Assembly (NCBI GenBank): GCA_049975265.1
Contig: JBNGDF010000008.1
Coordinates: 47,528 to 111,527, forward strand
Origin: Fidelibacterota bacterium
Lineage (GTDB): Bacteria; Fidelibacterota; UBA2242
Reading direction: 5' to 3'
DNA: 64,000 nt
In this document: piece by piece, positions 55,874 to 64,000 of the stretch
How positions within the stretch are numbered: position 1 is the first letter of the stretch
How the letters are laid out: each line of letters opens with the position of its first letter
Made by a program: the position numbers and the translations under genes
The notes under the pieces: model-generated
The model's input: the letters and a program-made list of their open reading frames with translations, nothing else
What the model was told of the DNA's origin: nothing
Databases searched by the model: none

Positions 55874-56940
55874 ACAGACTGGAGAAATGTATGGGAAACA
55901 ATAGAAAGAAGCAGATGTTGAAAAACGCGGTTGGGATTGCCGCTTTTGGAATCCTGCTTTCGGCTCCATTGTCGGCATCCTCCGATCGTATGACGAATGT
56001 CGGAACCACCGCCGCCCCTTTTCTGGAAGTAGGAGTCGGCTCCCGGGCGCTTGGAATGGGGGGCGCCTTTGTGGCGGTGGCGAATGATGTTTCTGCTTTA
56101 TACTGGAATCCCGCCGGGCTGTGTCGCATCGGTCACGGTGAGGCGGTGTTCGAGCGGATCGAGTGGCTGGCTGATATTGATTTTAATTATCTCGGTGTCA
56201 CCCTTTCCTTCGGTCGCTGGGGTAGCGCTGGCTTTTTTCTGAATGCCATGTCCGTTCCTAAAATGATGGTGCGGACGGTGGATCATCCCGATGGCACCGG
56301 AGAACAGTTTGATGCCAGTAGTATTGCCGTCGGACTTTCTTACTCTTATTCCCTGACCGACCGGTTTTCAATCGGTTTTAACGGCAAATATATTTCCGAA
56401 CGAATCTGGCACGAAAAAACCACCAGTTTTGCCATTGATGTGGGAACGCTCTATTTTACCGGTGTGGAGGGTCTGCGCATTGGTGCTGCTATTACAAACT
56501 TTGGTCCTTCGATGCAGATGGACGGAAGCGATCTGATTATTTATCACGATGTAGACCCCGGCATTGAAGGAAACAACGACCGCATCATGGGCAAACTGAT
56601 GACCGATGAGTGGCCGTTACCTCTGAATATGCAGTTCGGAATTGCCTATGATCTGTTCAGTACAAAACGATCGCGATTGACCATTGCCATGGACGCATTT
56701 CATCCGATCAACAATACGGAAAGCATCAACACCGGTTGCGAATTATCCATATTGAACATGCTCTTTGCCCGGGTGGGCTATCAGGCAATCGGGCAGCGGG
56801 ACACTCAGGAGGGTTTGACTGTTGGCGCCGGCATCCGCTATAAAATGTTTGGTCAGTCGAACATTAAATTTGATTATGCCTATGCCGATTTTGGATTGCT
56901 GGAATATGTGAATCGCTTTACATTACGACTGGATTTTTGA
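55870..56940 (+). CDS. PorV/PorQ-like (UPF0164/FadL-type) outer-membrane beta-barrel
   Basis: VGTTAAPFLEVGVGSRALGMGGAFVAVANDVSALYWNPAGL, FAIDVGTLY, NFG, PLP, FARVGY, FDYAYADFG, C-terminal Phe. Confidence 0.85.
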   Translation: MNRLEKCMGNNRKKQMLKNAVGIAAFGILLSAPLSASSDRMTNVGTTAAPFLEVGVGSRALGMGGAFVAVANDVSALYWNPAGLCRIGHGEAVFERIEWLADIDFNYLGVTLSFGRWGSAGFFLNAMSVPKMMVRTVDHPDGTGEQFDASSIAVGLSYSYSLTDRFSIGFNGKYISERIWHEKTTSFAIDVGTLYFTGVEGLRIGAAITNFGPSMQMDGSDLIIYHDVDPGIEGNNDRIMGKLMTDEWPLPLNMQFGIAYDLFSTKRSRLTIAMDAFHPINNTESINTGCELSILNMLFARVGYQAIGQRDTQEGLTVGAGIRYKMFGQSNIKFDYAYADFGLLEYVNRFTLRLDF

Positions 56941-57020
56941 TCTTTTATTTATAATATCTTGTAAATCTCTTGCAAGAGAGTATTTTACATTTAAACTCCT
57001 CATTTAGGTTGGGAACATTA

Positions 57021-60000
57021 ATGCATACTTCCAAAAATATTTCCCGCTACCTAAGCGTGCTGTTTATGGTGGTTTTTATGAATAATAATCTAACAGGTGG
57101 GCAGCTCAATCTGGGGCGGGTCGAGCAGATGCCGAATCTGCCGCAGCCCTATCGGATGCGGAACTGGAAACAGGTTGCCATTGATTATGACAGCCTGGTA
57201 TTTGATCTCAATCGCACCGGTCAATATCTGCCGCTGTTGTGGATCAATGAAAATACTGTTAATTATCCAAATCATCCGAGTTTCGGTCTGCATACTGTGG
57301 TCGGGACACCTTATCCGTCAAATGCCGAAGCCATCAATGTTCTTCCGGCGGTGATAAGTGCAACGCTGGTGAGCATTGACAAAAGTAATCAGAACGGTTT
57401 TGACTGGGTTTTGGGATGTGAGGAGTGGTTCAACCGGCGTCCGGAAGAAAATGTCTATCTCAACGGACCGACGGCGCAGAGCGGCGATGACTGGTGGTAT
57501 GCCCTGATGCCCAATGTGTTTTTTTATCAATTGTACGATCTCTATCCCGGCACCGGCGATTTTGATTATCAGCTGGTTTCGGTTGCCGATCAGTGGCTGC
57601 GGGCAGTGGAGACCATGGGTGGCAGCGCCACACCCTGGCACAAACCGTATATGAATTATCGCGGCTGGTATCTGTCGACCATGACGCCCCATAGCGAGGG
57701 CGTCACCGAACCCGAAGCCGCCGGCGCGATTGCCTGGATATTGTACAACGCTTATGTAAAAACCGGAGAAGTCAAATACCGCATCGGTGCCGAGTGGTGT
57801 CTGGAGTTTCTTAATTCCTACGCCGGGAATCCCTCGTATGAGTTACAACTGCCCTATGGTGTTTACACCGCCGCCCGGATGAATGCCGAACTGGGTACGA
57901 CTTATGACATTGAAAAAATGGTGAACTGGTGTTTCGATCCGGAGAATAATGTTCGGCAGTGGGGCGTGACCCTCGGGAAATGGGGCAATTACGATTGTTA
58001 TGGGTTGGTCGGCGAAGCGCTCAATGAGGGCTACGCCTTTGCCATGAACGGCTTTGAAATGGCGGGGGCGCTGGTGCCGATGCTGCGCTATGACAATCGT
58101 TTCGCCCGGACGATCGGCAAATGGATGCTGAATCTGGCGAATGCTTCACGCTTGTTCTATTCACCGTTTCTGCCGGACAGCCTTCAGGATGGTGAAGCCT
58201 GGTCGAAAATTTATGACCCGCAGGGATGTATCGCCCACGAATCCATGCGGGAATTCGCGATTGGTTCCAGGGTCAGCCCTTTTGCCACCGGTGATGCCAT
58301 CGCCGGCGGCTGGGGCGCTACCAATTTTGCCCTTTACGGCTCATCCCATGTGGGCATTCTCGGCGGAATCATTGACACGACCAATGTTACCGGTATTTTG
58401 AAACTCGATTTGCGAAAGACCGATTATTTTCAGCAAGATGCCTATCCGGGTTACCTTTTTTATAATCCTTATGATGAGGTCAAAGCAGTTGCATTCGATG
58501 CCGGTTCCCAGACGGTTGATCTCTACGATGCGGTCAGTAAAACATTTATAGCAACCGGAATTTCGGGTGAAACCAGTCTTAATGTGCCGGCGGACGGAGC
58601 GCTACTGATAGTGCTGGCGCCAGCCGGGGGAACGGTTAGTTACAAAGAAGAAAAGATGCTGGTGAATGATATCGTCGTGGATTATCATTCCGGACAACCG
58701 GTTGCCAATCACCAACCCCGGATCAAAGCCCTGGCAGCCGATTCAACGACAGTTCTATTCGGTCAGGCGCAGAATATCTACTGTACCGCCGCCGATCGTG
58801 ATGGGGATGAGTTGACCTACAGTTGGGCAATAAACGGCGCTGCTGCGGGTACTAATTCAGCCGTACTGCTATGGATGGCACCGGCGGAAGAAGGCATCTT
58901 TACCATTGTTTGCTCTGTATCAGATGGAATTGCTCCGCCAAGCACGGATAGCCTCAAGATAACAGTGATTGAAGCCATTAATCATATGCCCGTAATTAGC
59001 GAATTGGCAGCGACAGCCCGGAAAATTGACAAAGGTGATACGACATCTATTACATGCCACGCCGCTGATCCCGATGGCGATTCCTTGGAGTTTTTATGGT
59101 CGGCGGATTTTGGCGAGCTGCTCGGCGGTGATTCCACCGTTGCTTGGGTGGCGCCGGATTCAGCGGGTTATTTTTACATTAGATGTTTGATCAGTGATAA
59201 CCGCGGCGGTTTCGACGCCGACAGCATCGGGATCGTGGTGCGGGATACCAGCGGTTCCGTGATCGGGTATCCGGTTGCCTGGTATCCCTTCAGCGGAAAT
59301 GCCGAAGATTTCAGCGGAATGGGTAATCACGGTAGTATCAATGGCGCCGACCTGACCGCCAATCGCTTCGGTAATCCGAATTCTGCCTACTATTTCAATG
59401 GTACTTCCGACAATATCCGCGTGCCGAACAGCACCAGCCTGAATTTTACCGACGCCATTACGGTCTGTTTCTGGATGAATCCGGCGGAGTTATACAGCAG
59501 CCGTGAATCCTATCCGATTTCACACGGCAACTGGGAAAACCGCTGGAAAGTATCCATTATCCCGGAGAAAAAAATCCGCTGGACGGTCAAAACCAGCGAC
59601 GGTATCAAAGACCTGGATTCCCAGACCAAAGCCGCTGTGAATACCTGGTATCATGTAGTGGGTTTGTATGGTGGCAGCGACTTCGAGATATTTATCAATG
59701 GCGCGCTCGAAGGGCATACCTCCTTTTCCGGTAAAATCCTGACAACCACTATCGATCTGATGATCGGTCAGGTGTTGCCAAATAGCAGTGCGTACAACTT
59801 TAAGGGAATTATTGATGATGTCCGCATTTACGATTATGCGTTGTCAGTGGCGGAGATCGAGGCGCTTTACGGAGAGACCAGTGCGATTCATCCGGAAATT
59901 AAGAGTATTCCCAAAAATTTTCGCCTGATGCAGAATTATCCCAATCCTTTCAATCCGATGACCACAATCAAATACGATCTTCCGCAGGCGGTTACGGTTA

Positions 60001-60176
60001 AATTACAGGTTTTCGATTTGAGCGGGCGGCTGGTAAAGACCCTAGTGGATGAGAATAAACCAGCCGGTCATTATTCCGCCATCTGGAATGCGCAAACCGT
60101 GAGTTCGGGAATTTATCTCATTCGCCTGAATGCCGGCGATTTTACGGCGGTGAAGAAGTGCGTGAAATTGAAGTGA
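57021..60176 (+). CDS. Secreted multidomain protein: uncharacterised N-terminal domain (possible glycoside hydrolase), two Ig/PKD-like repeats, LamG domain, CTD
   Basis: NH[QM]P.I..L.A...C.AAD.DGD.L...W twice; WYPFSGNAEDFSG...NRFG...AYYFNG...WYHVV...FKGIIDDVRIYDYALS (LamG); QNYPNPFNP. Confidence 0.75.
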   Translation: MHTSKNISRYLSVLFMVVFMNNNLTGGQLNLGRVEQMPNLPQPYRMRNWKQVAIDYDSLVFDLNRTGQYLPLLWINENTVNYPNHPSFGLHTVVGTPYPSNAEAINVLPAVISATLVSIDKSNQNGFDWVLGCEEWFNRRPEENVYLNGPTAQSGDDWWYALMPNVFFYQLYDLYPGTGDFDYQLVSVADQWLRAVETMGGSATPWHKPYMNYRGWYLSTMTPHSEGVTEPEAAGAIAWILYNAYVKTGEVKYRIGAEWCLEFLNSYAGNPSYELQLPYGVYTAARMNAELGTTYDIEKMVNWCFDPENNVRQWGVTLGKWGNYDCYGLVGEALNEGYAFAMNGFEMAGALVPMLRYDNRFARTIGKWMLNLANASRLFYSPFLPDSLQDGEAWSKIYDPQGCIAHESMREFAIGSRVSPFATGDAIAGGWGATNFALYGSSHVGILGGIIDTTNVTGILKLDLRKTDYFQQDAYPGYLFYNPYDEVKAVAFDAGSQTVDLYDAVSKTFIATGISGETSLNVPADGALLIVLAPAGGTVSYKEEKMLVNDIVVDYHSGQPVANHQPRIKALAADSTTVLFGQAQNIYCTAADRDGDELTYSWAINGAAAGTNSAVLLWMAPAEEGIFTIVCSVSDGIAPPSTDSLKITVIEAINHMPVISELAATARKIDKGDTTSITCHAADPDGDSLEFLWSADFGELLGGDSTVAWVAPDSAGYFYIRCLISDNRGGFDADSIGIVVRDTSGSVIGYPVAWYPFSGNAEDFSGMGNHGSINGADLTANRFGNPNSAYYFNGTSDNIRVPNSTSLNFTDAITVCFWMNPAELYSSRESYPISHGNWENRWKVSIIPEKKIRWTVKTSDGIKDLDSQTKAAVNTWYHVVGLYGGSDFEIFINGALEGHTSFSGKILTTTIDLMIGQVLPNSSAYNFKGIIDDVRIYDYALSVAEIEALYGETSAIHPEIKSIPKNFRLMQNYPNPFNPMTTIKYDLPQAVTVKLQVFDLSGRLVKTLVDENKPAGHYSAIWNAQTVSSGIYLIRLNAGDFTAVKKCVKLK

Positions 60177-60212
60177 ATGGGATTACCATAAAACTCTCAA
60201 AGAGAAGTAACG

Positions 60213-61598
60213 ATGAACAATACTCATAATATATCCAGATTAACATTTATTCTGTTATTTGTGATAATCAACCAGACGTTACTGGCTCAAACCTGGGAAG
60301 AAATAGAGATGCACTTTTCAGGTGTTGATTCAATTGAGACAAAATCGTGCTATGCAACAACATTTACCAATCAAGATATTGGATGGCTATCAACTTGTTT
60401 AATTGAGAATAACGAATCAGGTGGATTTGATTTTATCAGAAAAATATATCGAACAGAAGATGGTGGTAAAAACTGGTTTGTGAAATATATTAATAGACAA
60501 AAACTAGATGTTAATACTGCTCAAGCCTATTCGCTATTTTCGATGGCACCGGATTATTTCATCGCCATGTATAATGACAGTATTGCCGGAGTGTTGATTT
60601 CCGAAGATGGCGGTGAGACCTGGATTAACAGGAGAATAGCCGATGAACATCTTGCTTTGAGCATCTCAAAAATACATTTTTTTGATAATCTAAACGGAAT
60701 TGCATTTAATGAGCAGCGCTGGTTTACAGCGGATGGCGGCTATACATGGGAAAAGAGTGATGATCTATTTGATAATGAACCACCAAGTGATGTCTGTTTT
60801 GTCAATAAAAGTTTAGGCTGGATAGTCAGTGGTGGTAATAAATATGCTACTGATTCCGGATATTTGGCAAATACAATTGATGGAGGTAAAACATGGCAAT
60901 ACCAGGACTCTATCGCAGTAATATTATCCGGAGTGGATTTTATTGATTCGTTAAAGGGTTTTGCTGTCGGCAGCGACTTCACGTTTTCCACGGCATTTAT
61001 TTATTCAACGATTGACGGAGGAATTCACTGGGATATAGAGCAGTTATGTGGAGAGGGATCTTATAAAGATATTGGCTTTCTGGATGAAAAGTACGGCTGG
61101 ATATTGGCAAGTGGTGGAAGAATATTGAAGACTTGTGATGGCGGAGAGAATTGGGAATTACAATCTGAAAACCTCGATTTCTCGCGAGGTAAAATAATCA
61201 TCCTAAAGAAAGATAAAGTAGCATATATTTTTGGGGGTGTTGATAATTATACTCTCAGATTATATCGAGCCGATTTGAGTGGATTGACAGAAATAAATGA
61301 AGACGTATCATCTCTGCCTCAAGGGTATGCTTTACATCAAAATTATCCAAATCCATTTAATTCGCAAACCACAATAAAATATATAATATATCAAAATACT
61401 CAGGTTGAGCTGAAGATATTTAACATTCTGGGAGAAGAAGTCAGAACGCTGGTAAATAAAAACCAGAATCCTGGAAATTATCAGATATATTGGGATGGAA
61501 AGAATAACTCTGGTAAACCGCTGGAATCGGGTATTTATATATGTCAACTTATCATGAATGATAAAATGGAAAGAAGGAAACTAATTTTATTGAAATAA
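60213..61598 (+). CDS. BNR/Asp-box (Ycf48-like) beta-propeller protein with CTD; AT-rich
   Basis: Repeated [ST]xDGGxxW (TEDGGKNW, SEDGGETW, TADGGYTW, TIDGGKTW, TIDGGIHW, TCDGGENW); QNYPNPFNS CTD. Confidence 0.85.
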   Translation: MNNTHNISRLTFILLFVIINQTLLAQTWEEIEMHFSGVDSIETKSCYATTFTNQDIGWLSTCLIENNESGGFDFIRKIYRTEDGGKNWFVKYINRQKLDVNTAQAYSLFSMAPDYFIAMYNDSIAGVLISEDGGETWINRRIADEHLALSISKIHFFDNLNGIAFNEQRWFTADGGYTWEKSDDLFDNEPPSDVCFVNKSLGWIVSGGNKYATDSGYLANTIDGGKTWQYQDSIAVILSGVDFIDSLKGFAVGSDFTFSTAFIYSTIDGGIHWDIEQLCGEGSYKDIGFLDEKYGWILASGGRILKTCDGGENWELQSENLDFSRGKIIILKKDKVAYIFGGVDNYTLRLYRADLSGLTEINEDVSSLPQGYALHQNYPNPFNSQTTIKYIIYQNTQVELKIFNILGEEVRTLVNKNQNPGNYQIYWDGKNNSGKPLESGIYICQLIMNDKMERRKLILLK

Positions 61599-61625
61599 TG
61601 ATTTTATTTTACCAAGGAGGCTGAT

Positions 61626-64000
61626 ATGAAAACCTTACTGATGAGATTGTGTTTTATTGCTATTTTCATGAGTACGTTTATTATTGCGCAACAACGAAAT
61701 GCGGATACGTACGAATATCGGAACAATTGCAGGATTAATGCTAAGACCGGAATCATTGCGGCTAAGTATAATATCAAGTCGCCGGTTTATCAGGGCTCTT
61801 CCGAAGATATCGCCAGACAATATTTGGAAGATAATAAAGAATTATTTAGCATTTCCAATGTTTCAAATCTGAAGCCCATCCAGACTATTGAAAGCCCTTC
61901 GGGGAAGAGTATAGCGTTTTTACAAACCTATCAGGGAATTCCCGTGTTTGGTACGGAAACGGTGGTTAGCATTAATAAACATAATAGAATTACGATGGTT
62001 GTCAATGGCAATAAGAATATTACTGATTTAAAGTCAACTAATCCAAATATCAGCATCGAAAAAGCCATTGAAAATGCCTTTGAAAAAATAAATGTGGATG
62101 AAACAACTCTCTTAGCATCACCGCAGTACGATCTGTATATTTATCAGGATTCTCTTCCCAATGCAAATTTAGCTTGGAAGGTGAATTTTGGCGCCAGTGA
62201 ACCGCTTGGCGACTGGCAAATATTTATTGATGCGATTTCAGGAGAGATAATAGAGATTGAAAATTTAATGGTTAACTATGTCAGCGGATCCGGAAGAGTA
62301 TTTAATCCCGACCCGATCAGCGCTCTTAGCGACGCATCGTTGACTGATCAGAATGACACAGATTACCAGGAACTTCAGGGCGCCTATAAAACGGTGACGC
62401 TGACCAATTTGAATAATCCGGTCGGAGGCGTATACTGCATACAAGGGAAATATGCAATATCAGAGGACATAGAATCACCTTATATCTCTCCTGTAACAAA
62501 CGCAAGTTCATCATTTTTATATAACCGTAGTCAGTTGGGTTTTGAAGAAGCAAATATTTATTATCATATAAATACTTTAAGAGAGTATGTCGGTTCCTTA
62601 GGATTCAATCCTGTCTGGGATGTAGGTGAATATATCAGGTTCGACGCCCATGGCAATTGGGGAAATCACGGTTCGCATTATTCTCCTTCGAACTGTTATG
62701 TTTCTTTTGGCGATTTATGTATAGACGCTGGTGAAGATCAGGATGTAATTGTACATGAATACGGACACGCAATTCATGATGCCTTTATCGCCGGTTATGG
62801 ATTTGGTGGCGATCAGCGCGGTGTCAGTGAAGGCATCGGCGATTACCTGGCAATCAGTTATCGAAGACAGTTGTCATCTTTCCAAGCGGACAAAATATTC
62901 CCATGGAAGGGAAATGGTGAATGCTGTAGTGGGCGCACTCTTGAAGATGATTATAATTATGAAGAGCATTGGTTATGGGAAAATTTATTTTGGGATGATT
63001 CTTCAAAATATATTCAAGGTACGCTCTGGGCTTCGACGATGATGGATATTGAGGAAAATAGTTCAATTGGCAGGGATATTGCCACGACATTACTACTGGA
63101 CGGTGTGAGGCATGTAAGTATTTCCTCTCCGGTTCATGATGTTATTTACGGCATGCTTCAAGCGGATCGTGACTTATATGATGGCGAACATCTGACAATC
63201 CTGCTGAATATATTTGATCAGAGGGGTTTTTTTGACTATGGTGGTTTAGCCGAGGTATCCGGGACTATCAGCAGTAATACAACCTGGACGGACAATTTTA
63301 TTCATGTGACAGGAGACGTGACGGTAAATAATGGCGTGATATTGGAAATTGATCCCGGAGTGTTTGTATTGTTTGATGAAGATACCCGGTTGACAGTTAG
63401 TGGTACCTTGATTGCCGAGGGAACTGATGAAGATCCGATTGTTTTTACTTCGTTTAATGAGAATCCGGCAAAGAATGACTGGTGCGGCATCCGGTTTGAG
63501 GATTCCAGCGTGGATGCTTCATGTAAGATAAAATATTGTGAAATAAAGTATGCCCAGTACGGCATTTATTGTAACCGGGCAAATCCAAAGATTCAGAACA
63601 ATTCAATATCTAATTCAAATTATGGTATTATATCAATCCTCTCCGTCTCACATTGAGACGAATATAATTATTGATAACTCTACCGGAATTTATGGAACAT
63701 CTTCAAGTCCGATAATTACTGATAATTTAATTCGAGATAATAGTTCAAGTGGAATTTATTTATCAGGAGGTTCGCCCAAGTTGTATGATAATACAATTGA
63801 TGATAACTATTATGGTGTGTATATAATATCCGGTTCATGTCCTGAATTTGGTCCCACCTCTGGATCCGGGAAAGGCAATAATGTTATTACAGAGAATTCA
63901 TATGGAATCTATGCCCAATATTATTCAGATGTATTTATGGGTACTCACGGTTACTATCCTGGTGCAAGAATCGGCGGATATAACAGTATTTGCGATAATT
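61626..64000 (+). pseudogene. M36/M4-like zinc metallopeptidase with propeptide and beta-helix region, frameshifted near 63630 and running off the window
   Basis: AAGGAGG RBS; FLQTYQGIPVFG (FTP) and WQIFIDAISGEII (PepSY); VIVHEYGH...SEGIGDY. The ORF stops at 63656, but GIYxxxSSP repeats continue without a stop in another frame from 63631 to 64000. Confidence 0.75.

Noticed and set aside
1..64000. CRISPR array, tRNA/rRNA, IS element, integrase or prophage
   Set aside because: No short repeat-spacer pattern, recognisable structural RNA or mobile-element protein seen by eye; a covariance-model scan could not be run.

Overview
A 64-kb carbohydrate-foraging region from a diderm bacterium, probably of the FCB superphylum but outside Bacteroidetes (inferred from T9SS-like 'QNYPNPFNP' C-terminal domains combined with strong GGAGG Shine-Dalgarno sites and TTGACA-type promoters). 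It has five parts. (1) 1-24.4 kb: a pectin-degradation locus with a hybrid two-component regulator, two PL1 lyases, PL10, CE8, GH28, GH105, GH43 and non-catalytic secreted repeat proteins. (2) 24.6-39.4 kb: a uronate catabolism operon with a GntR-LacI regulator, kduI, kduD, uxaC, a TRAP transporter, an SDR mannonate oxidoreductase, gnd, a LarA-family epimerase, a PfkB kinase and a plant-type glucuronokinase next to galU. (3) 39.4-39.8 kb: a decayed YefM/YoeB toxin-antitoxin pair that the ORF track misses. (4) 39.9-60.2 kb: a LacI-controlled, probably beta-mannoside locus with GH130, a GH5-like enzyme and a four-CBM protein. (5) 60.2-64 kb: an AT-rich tail with a BNR-repeat protein and a frameshifted metallopeptidase. 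The best candidate for an undescribed system is an uptake cassette found once in each glycan locus in place of SusC/SusD: a TonB-dependent receptor, a large non-lipidated protein with a variant 'VPNPY' C-terminal domain, and a dedicated PorV/PorQ-like beta-barrel. Family calls rest on motif recognition by eye; no database searches were run.
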